Made by a program: the position numbers and the translations under genes. Source: an uncultured bacterium (GTDB lineage Bacteria; AUK180). Taken from it: 64,000 bases of DNA. The stretch covers positions 62,001 to 126,000 of the forward strand of contig CALMGJ010000011.1 of assembly GCA_937863565.1 (NCBI GenBank). The letters are read 5' to 3'. A model generated the notes under the pieces. It ran no database searches. It was not told the DNA's origin and saw only the letters and a list, made by a program, of their open reading frames with translations. Shown here piece after piece: positions 48,949-58,975 of the stretch (its first letter is position 1; every line of letters begins with the position of its first letter).

Positions 48949-51900
48949 ATCGAATAACAGCGAATTTATAGCACTTCGATTCTTTGGTGCTCCCGTCCTT
49001 GATCACAAGGATATAGATGCCGGATGCAACCGCATCGCCCTTATCATTTGTTCTATTCCAGACGATCGTCAGATTATCGGGGTCCGTAGAATCGAGCACT
49101 AGGTCCTCAAGGCCTATTATCTTTTCTCCCGCGATATTGAAGATATCGAACCTGGAGATCACGGAAGGCAGTTGATCGAATGTGATATCGTCCGTATCCG
49201 GATTAGGTTTCCAAGGATTCGGATATATCCTCACTTCATCAAGCGTAAAGGCCTTTACCGCCTTGTATCCGAACAGGCCGTAAGTGGAGAAGTGGTCCGT
49301 CTGTATCGTTAAGGTATTCGCGTCGGTATCCACCTCGCCGCCGATGAGTTCCCAAGATGCGGGAGAGAGATTCTCATTGTAGTACCATACCTTGAGTTCA
49401 CCCTCATATATAGTCGTACCGTCTACATATCCGTCCTGGTCGGCATCCGCATATGCGATGATCATCGTAACGGGTTTTTCGAACGTGATGCCGCTGCCGT
49501 CCGCATAGAATTCCCTGACTTCTCCTGTGCCGAGCAGCCTTTCATCGTCCGATGCCGGTATTTCCGAAGGAGGAGATACGGAGATCATCGTGTTCCCCGT
49601 CAGTGCGCCTGCCGGAATATTGACTTGCGTGAACGAATTGTCGAAAAGAACGCCGCCGAGCGGGTCCACCATGACATTTGTCTGTATGGGCAGGATAGAG
49701 AGAGCATAGGTGTCGCCGTTTTTGGTGATATATGTCAGTTTATCGCCTCCGGCAGGGGCCCATATAGCGAACGCTTCATTATAGGGATTGTTCCCGATTA
49801 TCTGCGGAATAAGGTTCACGTCGTCATTATCGTCAGCGCGGGTCGGATCGTCCCAGTTGGTCATATAAGTATTGAAATTCGCCGCGGCGAGCGCATCGGC
49901 AACGGCGGTAGAAGAGGACACGTTATTGAACACGGCATTGTCGAAAGCGCCGTTCTCATCCTGAATGAAAGAGATTATCCCGCCATTGTAGGTGTTCCCG
50001 GCGGACCAGGAAGGAGACCATTTGGGAAGCGTATTACTCATAGTCGTAGCGGATCCGGCCTTATGAGTGACCAGGGTGACCCTTGCGTCGGCCAGCGTGG
50101 TGATACGGTTGGAGGGGGTCCCGGTACCTTCGGATATCGCCGTCGAGATGATATTCTCAACATCGTTCACAACGTATATCTGAGTGGAATTATCCGTCCT
50201 CGACTCATATACGAAGGCGATCTTCAATTCGCCGGCATCCGGATATCCGGCTTCGGGAGCCCACCACCATTTCGGCTGAAGGCATCTTGAGGCTGTGGCG
50301 GAATACTCGTCAGAGAGTTCCGTTAGCCGTATAACCGCAAGATCTTGATTGTCCGCATCAACCGGAAGCGCGGTAAGGTCAACGGCATAAAGATCGCCTC
50401 CGATCGAAACAACCAGGCGGCCGGCGGCGTCCGGCTGCTGTGCTGCCGGGCAGTAATCCGGATCGATCCAGCCGTGCCAGGTATCCGTTGTCAGTTCAAG
50501 CGGGCTGCCGCTGCCGTCATCGGGCCTTCTGAACAGTCTGGAATGATTTTCGGCGGGATTGTGGGTCGCATAATAGATATACCCGTCCGTACCCCAGGAA
50601 ATATGACTGAAATAGAGCACATTCTCAAGGTTCGTCGTAAGCTGCACGGGTTGATTCCCTATGTCCCCTATGTTCAAAGTGTAAACATTGCATACGCCGT
50701 TTTTATTGGAAACATAAGCTACTTTCGTGCCGTCAGGGCTCCAGACAGGGAAGAGGTCATACCGTCCGCTTGCAACGACAGTACCGTCGAAGGTATTCGT
50801 TTCGTTCACTGCGATATTGATGCCCGTTTCATAGGGCACTACGAACTTAGCGCTGTACGGTGAGACTATCGTGCTGCCTGCGTAAAGACCGTCCAGTATT
50901 AGATCATATACAGTTATCGTATATGTCTCGCCCGGTATAAGATCGGCCGCAGGTATCACTCTCAGTATTTTATTGTCGGAAAGACCGTAGAATGAATCAA
51001 TGCCCGGATGCGGTGCGCCGCTGTCCTTTGTGAGAGAATAAGACGTAGTTTCGCCGAGCGTGGATGTCCTGAACGGAGCTGTGAACTCGACATTGATCTC
51101 ACGGTACTTGTCGGAGGACGAAGTATAGACCGAATAAGCGCGTTTCACGGAAAGCGGAGGATAAACGGTCACGTCCCTTGTGAAGGTGGCGGAGCCTGAA
51201 AGTACGACGGGATTATCAACGGCAGTGACCCTTAAAGTCCTCGAAAGCGATCCACTTGAGGGTTCATAATCGATGAGCTTCACGGTTGCAGAGCCGCCCG
51301 TAAGATTTCCCGTGACGGTCATGTCGTTCATCCCGGATACGTTTGTCGCGCTTGTCAATGTGGTCGTGTTGATATCCTCTTTATTGTCGGGTACGAAATC
51401 ATCGATCGTGAGCGTGACCTTGCAAGCTGCATTGGGATCGGCCGCGGCCGCCTGGTTACCGTATACATCACAGAGTTTTATTGTAAATGTCACAGTATCA
51501 TTGACCATCATGCCGTTGAGGTAAGGAGCGCTCACCTCGATATGATCACCGGCAAGTGCAACAAGATTCACCGTCGGATATTCGGGATAATACGAATATT
51601 TGACCGAGGAACCGGTTATCTTTGTGCCGAACGGGAAATCATTCCCCGCTTTCGTCCCAACCGTGACATTGTTCGAGGTGCCGTATGTTACTGCAAGGGT
51701 ATCATTCTGGGACATTGAAATAACAGGCACCGTTATGATATTCCCGGATACGCTCACGGAGCCGTAAACAACGTTCTCGCCCGCAGAAACGGAGATGAAC
51801 GATGCGTTCGGTACGGTCCATCCGTCCGCAACAGGTAATATATTGATGGCGAGCGTGCCGTTCGATATCGGTGCCTGCGGCATATACATGAATTTCCATT

Positions 51901-54900
51901 TCGTGCCCGCAGTGAGAACGCTGTAATCGGAATAGAAATCATAATAATATATTTTGGTCGTATCGGTTACTTTGAGAAGTCCGGTTGCGTCATAATCGGC
52001 AACATTCGCTGTGCCGGGAGTCTGCGTATGCGTCCTTGCCCAATCATAAAGATCGTCATTGTCAGCTGCCGCGGACATCCTGATCAAAGAATCCCCGTAC
52101 ATGTAATTCAGCGAATAGGGCACATCGCTTTCTACCGGAACGGAACCGGAAATGAGCCACTGCCCCGCATCAATGAGCGTCTGAACGTCGGTCTGCTCTC
52201 CGCTGCTCCATGCTCCGCTGTCATTTGACCATGAAACCGAATCATAGTAAACCGTGCCATTTTTCAAAACGGCTTGATCGTCCGTCGATGTCAGATTGGT
52301 ATCATTAACATACAGGTCTATGACCCCGTTCCCGTTGGCATCCCCGACGGAATCCGTTTCATCTACGCCGCCGGTGATCCAGTGTACGATAACATAATCG
52401 CCCGTGTGGACCGTGGTGGCATTAGCGGTATTAAATGCCGTATCAGTGCCGTCAAGGTCCGTTATTATAAACGGGGAGATATTCAAGCCGCCGGCATTCA
52501 CATCTTTGATATAAAGTTCGACCCAGTCGTGGTTCTCGTAGTATTCCGTACTGGATGAGCTTTCGTAGAAGTGGACCTCATTGATGAGGATGATGCCGTC
52601 AAGTACGGTGACCACGGGATGATTGGCAACCTCATACGGGGATTCGCCGACCACTTTAGAGCCGGAATACCACGTATATCCTCCAAGAGCGGCGGGAGAG
52701 GTGATGCCGGTGAAGGTAAGGGTGGATGTCGCTCCGGGTTCCAGGTAATCGCCCGTAAAACCGGTGACCCATACCGCAGTACCTCCGCCCGTAGCTGCGC
52801 CGTATGCGCCGACATTGAAGGAACCTCCGTCGGATCCGGAGATCGAGATATCCCACTCGTTCGGGTCGCCGAATGCCGTCGGAATAACGATATAGTACAT
52901 TTCTATCGGTTCATTTTCCGTTACGAATTCGGCTGTGAACGTATAAAGCGTGCTCGGACGCACCTTATTCGGGGTCACGAACATCTTTCCGCTCGGGGCC
53001 GGTGTGCAGTTGGGAAGTCCGGGCGTGACATCGCCTTCGGTATTATAAAGCTTTCTTGTCCAATCTACTTTATCGTTCGTATCATTGGAATATTTATCTC
53101 TGGCCAGCGTATCATTGGTATTGTATCCCGCCGCGTTCACGCAGTCGATCTGGCGGCCGTCCGTCGTGTACAGGCCCGCCGTACAGGTGACGTCCGGAGA
53201 ATAATCCTTCCATTCCAGTGCGGCCTCGGCATTATCGAAGTCCGTCGTTGCATAGAAGTTCTGTGCGCAGTCATAATCGCTCCACGCTACGAAATCGAGG
53301 ATATGGTTCCCCGCATCCCTGAGCGTAAGATAGCTCTCATGGGTGTTCTTAAGATCGAACGTTGCATATATCGCGATGGTATTATCGATGACCTGGGCGG
53401 TAAGATCGCTCGTTCCGGACGTGTTCATGACGAGGAGATACTGCCCTGTTTTTATGATCGTTCCCGAGGGGATCACGACGTGGTCGCCGGAAGAAGAGTT
53501 GGTCTCGTCGATCAGGTAATTGCTTATATCTATGCCGTTACCGTTATTCGTATCATTGATGCAGTAGAGTTCGACCCAGTCCCAGTCCATCGTAAGTCCG
53601 CGGAAAGAGTACTTTTTAGCCGTTGTAGTATTGTAGTAGCCGACTTCATTGAAGATAAGCCTGGGAAGGTTGGCATTGCCGGCGCCCGGGGTCGGAGCCG
53701 CTTCGAGGACCCAATCCTCTTTCTGATTATTGTCGAAACCGTCGTTCTTCCTTGCAAAGGAGTAGGTCGGTTTTGAATCGAGAAGGTCCGAGTTCAGGAA
53801 ATCCGTTGTTTCCACCTGTCCGAGTACAGCATAATCCTCCCACTGGTCATTATCTATAAGTATTGTGAAATCGTCCGTCTCCCCGGTCCTGAAGGTCGAA
53901 TCGCTGTGTTCCGCCCAGCCTACGGCATCAACGAACCTGTCCAGATTGTCCTTGAGTACAACCTGTTCGTCGGTCGCAATGAGCTGTCCGTTCATCGCTC
54001 CGTTCACATAAACGTCCCATTTCGAATCGCCTTTGCCCGACGCATCGGTCTCATCCGTTCCGGAAAGCGGGTTCTGCCACTGCACGAGCAGGAAATCCCC
54101 GTCGGCAAGCGTGATATCGGGCATGACCTTGATCTTGTCGTTCGGCGAATCGCTGTCGCTGAACCTTGTTATATACCAGTTCTGTATATTGATCGGGCCT
54201 CCGGAGGCGCAGTACAGTTCAAGCCAGTCACTTGTTGAATCCCCCGTTATGAAGATCTCGTTCACGACGACAACGCCGGCCCTGATATTGATCGCAGGGG
54301 TAGGTGATGTTTCAGTGAGATCCGGCACATTCGGGTTAGAAGCCCAGTCGACTTTCGTCGAGAATATCGTCGGTCCGGCGGAGGAAGGCGCGGTAAAATT
54401 CGTGAATATAAAGTCGGCCGAATCGCTGCCTCCGCTTCCGCCATACAGTATCTCGTAACTCGACGGGCAGTTCAGCTGCACCCACGTGCCCTCCGCTTCC
54501 GTTGTGAACGTTACATCGGCAACAAGATTATAGTAATGGCCGTCGTTCCTTTTCACGACAGTATTGGCGGCAGTCGGTGCGGGTGTCCATGTGTTCGGCA
54601 CCCAGACGGCCGCTTTCGTGATATTGTCCGTAGAATTACCGTTATGGGAAACCGTTACCGTGATCGTCTTCACCTCGTTCGTTGCGCAGGTCAGAGGTGT
54701 GATATCGGCATCGGCCGGCGTGATGTTGGAAGAGGGGCCGAACCGTGCCCGGAACTCCTGATAGAATTCATTGGCAATGTTGGCATCATGGATTATGATC
54801 GTGTTCTCGTCATTGCCGCCGGAGACGTCCGTCGCCGCGGTCCAGTTGGTCGAGCCGGTGATAACAACGGGGTCCGAGCGTACATTATCGCTGTCGATGA

Positions 54901-57637
54901 TCATATATTTATGATGGAGAAGTCCGGATACATTATCCTTTTTCACGTCCATCCCGTCCGCGACCATGTCATTGTACTTGGAATAAGAGCTTCCGGCCTG
55001 CAGTGCGTCGAATACGCCTTCAACCTGAACGCCGGAGAGCCATCTGTTCTTGATCGCGGCATAGATATCGTCTGCCGTGAACGTGAATATACAGAAATAG
55101 AGAGAATCGTTCGCCGCATTGATGGCGTTTATTATCTTTGAATGGACATCGTCTTTCGGGGCCATATATATCTCTACATTGTTGTTCGATCTTCCGAATT
55201 GTACTTTTTGGCCGCCGCCAATAGAGAATTCGTGATATCTCGTTCCAATTCCCGAATATGTTTTGCTGCTTCCGCTCCTTCCGGCCCAGAATTCGTCTAT
55301 TTCCTGCTTGTATAAAGTGGCGGCATCGTAACTCTGGAAGAAGATGGCGTTCTGAGCGTCGTTCTCCGTTCCGGATTCGTTTATGTTCCATGAACCGGTC
55401 ATTATCATATCCTTGACGGAAGAACCGGTATAGTTATAATCGAGCACGATGAATTTATTATGCGAGAGACCTTTGTTCGAACCGTCATCCAGATCATTGC
55501 GGACAGCGGACCCGCCGTATTTCGATTCCAGGTCCGAATGGAAATTATTCTCGCTGTTCCAGTAATCTTCTTCCGTCCACCAGCGGAAATTGGCGAAATT
55601 CCCGTTCTTCAAGGCATCTTCGATAGATTGAAGGCCGGCCGTATAAAATGCTGCGGCAATATAGTTTACGGCGGAATCTATTCTCGTGTTCAACTGATTA
55701 TCAAGGGATGTGCCTAGGCTTTTCCCGACCGTTGTCGCCTGCAGCTGCGGCGTGGCGGCATATGTCTGATCCACAGTGTCGTTGAAGTAGAGGGCATACC
55801 ATTTCGTGCTCGTCATATTGACCTCTACCGGCGATGTCGCCGAAAGCTCCACGGGGGTAGCCGGGTCGGATGCCGAGGATTTCACTATGAAGCCGTTATC
55901 CGAAGTATTTGAAGACGATGTCATGCCCTTGAACCTGAACTGAAGGTATGAAGAACTTGTAAGAGGCGAACCCTTATAGGCATAGTAATCGTAGGTGATC
56001 TCCTGGCCGGAGACCGAGAAATAAGTGGAATATTTCGGAAGGTATGTCGTTCCGTCGAGAAGGATATCCATGTTTAGCGTAGAGGGTGCGGTCCAGTTCG
56101 CAGGCGCGGCCATGGCCGCCTTATATACGGGATATGTTACCGAAGGCGTGAAATCGATATAAACATAGTTCCCGATGCCGCCGGCGAATATCGGATCATT
56201 GTCCTGATAGTATAAAGAGGCCGTACCCGTTCCGTCGCCGGCCCCGGGCGTAAATACCATGACCTCCGGGGAAGACGCTATCTCCGTCAGGGTTCCGCCG
56301 GAACCTTTCGATTTCGTCGTGAACGTATAGTTCCCGTCCGTGGAACAGGTCGAGCCGGAACCACCTCCGGAGGTATCCCCGTATTTCAATGTGAATGTTT
56401 CATTGACCTCGAGATTGGTCGCATCGACGAGTATCGTCCAGGGTCCCGAGCCGGAGATCCCGTTCAGGGAAACCGTTGCACCGGAACCGGCAGTGACTGA
56501 TACATAACCGTTCTTATTAGACTGCGATGATTGCGGCGCCGTCCAGCCTGCGGGAACGAGTATCGATACCTGGCCCCCCGAAATATCTATGGTCGCCGTG
56601 AAAAGAAAAGTAAATTGCGAGAAGACCCCGTTCTCCAAAGATGTCGGGTTCACCGTGCATGTTCCGGAACCGTCCGTTGTGCCGGTCGTGAAACTGAATA
56701 CGTAATTGGGCCCTGTCGAGCCGTTGCCGTCGCCGTCAAGACCGTTCCCGGCGGCATCCTGCGCAGCGGTCGATATCGTAACGGTATATAATTGGCCCTG
56801 GGAGAAATTGTTATGGACAACGGTCATCTGCGTATCGGACGCATTCCACGAGAAGATCTTCCCCGTTACATCGGGAGAAATGGAGAATGCGCCTTCGGCC
56901 GATGTTTTGTTCATAGCTTCATTGAATACGATGACTATGCTCTGTGCCGGAGCGACCCCCGTAGCGCCTGAGTCGGGAGTGGTTGATACTACGACAGGGG
57001 GCGTTGAATCGCCGCCCGTACCACATGTGGACGCATCGCAGGAATTAACCGCGCCCGGAGTGCCGTTGATGGGATTACCCGCAGTGTCCAGACCGTTCCT
57101 TGTTGTCATATCATTGGACGCCCAGTTGGAGCAGACATTGCCTGCACTGCAGGGATCGATCCTTTCGGACGATTGATCGGTCGTAGAATTTCCCGCGCAC
57201 CAGTTGCTTGCATTATCTTCGGCGGTATCGATCACATTTCCCGTCCCGTTCTGTCCGTCATATAATATCAGGTTTCCGGGGCTGGTATCGTTCAGGCCGA
57301 TCGTGGCATCCCAGATCTCCACGGTCGCACCGCTTAAAAATACGCTGGCCGTAGCGGCATTCCCATAAACAAGATACCCGCCGGCAGGCACGATCCAGGT
57401 AGTGTGGCCATCCGCGGCCGAGAAATTAAGCGTCACGCCCGTATCGGCGCCGTAGATTGACCAGCCGGAGATATCGATATCCGAATCGGTCGTATTGTAA
57501 AGTTCGATCCACTCTTGGGAAGAAGATGCCGGTGTGCCGGACCAGGCAATTTCATTGATCACGATATCGCCGGCGCTGGCTGCAAATAAATTTAATGCAA
57601 AGAAAAGTAAAAACAATGCAAAAAGTCCTTTTTTCAT
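48947..57637 (-). CDS. Giant secreted multidomain protein (2896 aa): four lamin-tail domains, Ig-like modules, phospholipase D/nuclease domain, TolB-like propeller, ZU5-like domain, T9SS-type-A-like CTD
   Basis: ATG 57637 with AGGAG and signal peptide; INE...W(I/L/V)ELY repeats; HNKFIVLD and HHKYMIID (HKD) motifs; PVWSPDGTKVAYVS; IPAGAL...TDHFSTYGLFG; IYPNPW...SGIYIL...KFAVIR. Confidence 0.85.
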   Translation of the reverse strand: MKKGLFALFLLFFALNLFAASAGDIVINEIAWSGTPASSSQEWIELYNTTDSDIDISGWSIYGADTGVTLNFSAADGHTTWIVPAGGYLVYGNAATASVFLSGATVEIWDATIGLNDTSPGNLILYDGQNGTGNVIDTAEDNASNWCAGNSTTDQSSERIDPCSAGNVCSNWASNDMTTRNGLDTAGNPINGTPGAVNSCDASTCGTGGDSTPPVVVSTTPDSGATGVAPAQSIVIVFNEAMNKTSAEGAFSISPDVTGKIFSWNASDTQMTVVHNNFSQGQLYTVTISTAAQDAAGNGLDGDGNGSTGPNYVFSFTTGTTDGSGTCTVNPTSLENGVFSQFTFLFTATIDISGGQVSILVPAGWTAPQSSQSNKNGYVSVTAGSGATVSLNGISGSGPWTILVDATNLEVNETFTLKYGDTSGGGSGSTCSTDGNYTFTTKSKGSGGTLTEIASSPEVMVFTPGAGDGTGTASLYYQDNDPIFAGGIGNYVYIDFTPSVTYPVYKAAMAAPANWTAPSTLNMDILLDGTTYLPKYSTYFSVSGQEITYDYYAYKGSPLTSSSYLQFRFKGMTSSSNTSDNGFIVKSSASDPATPVELSATSPVEVNMTSTKWYALYFNDTVDQTYAATPQLQATTVGKSLGTSLDNQLNTRIDSAVNYIAAAFYTAGLQSIEDALKNGNFANFRWWTEEDYWNSENNFHSDLESKYGGSAVRNDLDDGSNKGLSHNKFIVLDYNYTGSSVKDMIMTGSWNINESGTENDAQNAIFFQSYDAATLYKQEIDEFWAGRSGSSKTYSGIGTRYHEFSIGGGQKVQFGRSNNNVEIYMAPKDDVHSKIINAINAANDSLYFCIFTFTADDIYAAIKNRWLSGVQVEGVFDALQAGSSYSKYNDMVADGMDVKKDNVSGLLHHKYMIIDSDNVRSDPVVITGSTNWTAATDVSGGNDENTIIIHDANIANEFYQEFRARFGPSSNITPADADITPLTCATNEVKTITVTVSHNGNSTDNITKAAVWVPNTWTPAPTAANTVVKRNDGHYYNLVADVTFTTEAEGTWVQLNCPSSYEILYGGSGGSDSADFIFTNFTAPSSAGPTIFSTKVDWASNPNVPDLTETSPTPAINIRAGVVVVNEIFITGDSTSDWLELYCASGGPINIQNWYITRFSDSDSPNDKIKVMPDITLADGDFLLVQWQNPLSGTDETDASGKGDSKWDVYVNGAMNGQLIATDEQVVLKDNLDRFVDAVGWAEHSDSTFRTGETDDFTILIDNDQWEDYAVLGQVETTDFLNSDLLDSKPTYSFARKNDGFDNNQKEDWVLEAAPTPGAGNANLPRLIFNEVGYYNTTTAKKYSFRGLTMDWDWVELYCINDTNNGNGIDISNYLIDETNSSSGDHVVIPSGTIIKTGQYLLVMNTSGTSDLTAQVIDNTIAIYATFDLKNTHESYLTLRDAGNHILDFVAWSDYDCAQNFYATTDFDNAEAALEWKDYSPDVTCTAGLYTTDGRQIDCVNAAGYNTNDTLARDKYSNDTNDKVDWTRKLYNTEGDVTPGLPNCTPAPSGKMFVTPNKVRPSTLYTFTAEFVTENEPIEMYYIVIPTAFGDPNEWDISISGSDGGSFNVGAYGAATGGGTAVWVTGFTGDYLEPGATSTLTFTGITSPAALGGYTWYSGSKVVGESPYEVANHPVVTVLDGIILINEVHFYESSSSTEYYENHDWVELYIKDVNAGGLNISPFIITDLDGTDTAFNTANATTVHTGDYVIVHWITGGVDETDSVGDANGNGVIDLYVNDTNLTSTDDQAVLKNGTVYYDSVSWSNDSGAWSSGEQTDVQTLIDAGQWLISGSVPVESDVPYSLNYMYGDSLIRMSAAADNDDLYDWARTHTQTPGTANVADYDATGLLKVTDTTKIYYYDFYSDYSVLTAGTKWKFMYMPQAPISNGTLAINILPVADGWTVPNASFISVSAGENVVYGSVSVSGNIITVPVISMSQNDTLAVTYGTSNNVTVGTKAGNDFPFGTKITGSSVKYSYYPEYPTVNLVALAGDHIEVSAPYLNGMMVNDTVTFTIKLCDVYGNQAAAADPNAACKVTLTIDDFVPDNKEDINTTTLTSATNVSGMNDMTVTGNLTGGSATVKLIDYEPSSGSLSRTLRVTAVDNPVVLSGSATFTRDVTVYPPLSVKRAYSVYTSSSDKYREINVEFTAPFRTSTLGETTSYSLTKDSGAPHPGIDSFYGLSDNKILRVIPAADLIPGETYTITVYDLILDGLYAGSTIVSPYSAKFVVPYETGINIAVNETNTFDGTVVASGRYDLFPVWSPDGTKVAYVSNKNGVCNVYTLNIGDIGNQPVQLTTNLENVLYFSHISWGTDGYIYYATHNPAENHSRLFRRPDDGSGSPLELTTDTWHGWIDPDYCPAAQQPDAAGRLVVSIGGDLYAVDLTALPVDADNQDLAVIRLTELSDEYSATASRCLQPKWWWAPEAGYPDAGELKIAFVYESRTDNSTQIYVVNDVENIISTAISEGTGTPSNRITTLADARVTLVTHKAGSATTMSNTLPKWSPSWSAGNTYNGGIISFIQDENGAFDNAVFNNVSSSTAVADALAAANFNTYMTNWDDPTRADDNDDVNLIPQIIGNNPYNEAFAIWAPAGGDKLTYITKNGDTYALSILPIQTNVMVDPLGGVLFDNSFTQVNIPAGALTGNTMISVSPPSEIPASDDERLLGTGEVREFYADGSGITFEKPVTMIIAYADADQDGYVDGTTIYEGELKVWYYNENLSPASWELIGGEVDTDANTLTIQTDHFSTYGLFGYKAVKAFTLDEVRIYPNPWKPNPDTDDITFDQLPSVISRFDIFNIAGEKIIGLEDLVLDSTDPDNLTIVWNRTNDKGDAVASGIYILVIKDGSTKESKCYKFAVIR

Positions 57638-57912
57638 ATCAGCTCCTAATAATTTTTCAATGTAAAAAAAATAGATGTAAAGAGCAGAAGTAACTTGCAA
57701 TAATCATACCAGTACTAAATATAGTAGAACACACCCAATATAGCGGTATATTCAGTTTAAATACTTTTCAGGGAGTTCCAATATTTAAAAAAAATTCCAA
57801 CTTTAGGAATTTCCGCAGGGAGCGGGTTGAATGTGACGGTATCCCGCTATCGGATTGGCTATTTTCATTTTCGTTTTTTTTAGGGTATAATGAATTCCGG
57901 GAGGATAGTGAA

Positions 57913-58953
57913 ATGAAAAAAGTGTTCTTTCATCCGCTTGATACGAACGATCCCGCAGCCGTCTCCCGCGCTTCAAAAACAGTAATGGAAAAATTGTTCG
58001 GGGAGGTCTCTCCTATGACCGCTGAGGAATTCCCTTTGAAGGTGCATTTCGGCGAGGAAGGGAATAAAACCTTCATACCTGCGGACTGTTATAACGGCAT
58101 CATTGACATTTTAAAAGAAAGAGGTGTGAACACTTCTTTTATCGAGACAAATGTCCTCTACAGCGGAAGACGTATGAAAAAAGAAGACCATATCAAACTG
58201 GCTTCAGAGCACGGGTTCACTCAGATCCCTGTCCGTATCGCTGACGGCGACCGGGGGGAATATTTCTCTGAGGTCGAGATCGCGGGGAAACGTTTCAAAA
58301 GCTGCAAGATCGCAGGCCTGATCGCGGCCCTTAAACAAATGGCGGTCTGCTCCCATTTCAAAGGCCATATGCTCGCCGGTTTCGGGGGCGCCGTGAAACA
58401 GCTTGCCATGGGTTGCGCCTCGAGAGGAGGCAAACTCGCCCAGCATGCCGGCTCCAAACCCGTGATCATCAAGCGCAAATGCGTCAATTGCGGACTTTGC
58501 GCAAAGAACTGTCCGGTCTCGGCGATCGGAAAAAAGGATAAACACCGCATCAATAAGGATATCTGCATCGGTTGCGCGGCGTGTATGGCGATCTGCCCGC
58601 AAGAAGCGGTGCAGATGGACCTTGTAGGCGCTTTCAGTTCGGTGACCCGGGTTTTTCTTGAGAGATTGGCGGAATATGCGTATGCCGCCGCAAAGGATAA
58701 AAATATCTACTATATCAATTTTGCCCTTAATATCACGCGGGGCTGCGACTGCGAGAAAAGACCGATGAAACCCTTTCTTCCGGATCTCGGCATTCTGGGA
58801 TCTCTCGATCCGGTCGCCGTCGATCATGCCTGCATCACGCTTCTGGAAAAGCGTGCGAGAAGGCGGATATTCCGGGGGCGGCATACACTTTCGCATGCCG
58901 AGCATATCGGTTTAGGCAAGAATGTTTACGATCTTATAACCATCGGATCTTGA
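57913..58953 (+). CDS. DUF362-domain Fe-S protein with 2x[4Fe-4S] ferredoxin insert
   Basis: KVHFGEEGN, SHFKGH..AGFGGAVKQLAMGC, two CxxCxxCxxxCP motifs, CDC, DPVAVD. Confidence 0.88.
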   Translation: MKKVFFHPLDTNDPAAVSRASKTVMEKLFGEVSPMTAEEFPLKVHFGEEGNKTFIPADCYNGIIDILKERGVNTSFIETNVLYSGRRMKKEDHIKLASEHGFTQIPVRIADGDRGEYFSEVEIAGKRFKSCKIAGLIAALKQMAVCSHFKGHMLAGFGGAVKQLAMGCASRGGKLAQHAGSKPVIIKRKCVNCGLCAKNCPVSAIGKKDKHRINKDICIGCAACMAICPQEAVQMDLVGAFSSVTRVFLERLAEYAYAAAKDKNIYYINFALNITRGCDCEKRPMKPFLPDLGILGSLDPVAVDHACITLLEKRARRRIFRGRHTLSHAEHIGLGKNVYDLITIGS

Positions 58954-58975
58954 CGTCCGCTTCCGGGTAAACGCC

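Noticed and set aside
57700-57870. Long leader of the giant gene with AGCGGG/CCCGCT inverted repeat and TTCCAA direct repeats
   Set aside because: Repeats are short enough to arise by chance; no riboswitch consensus recognised
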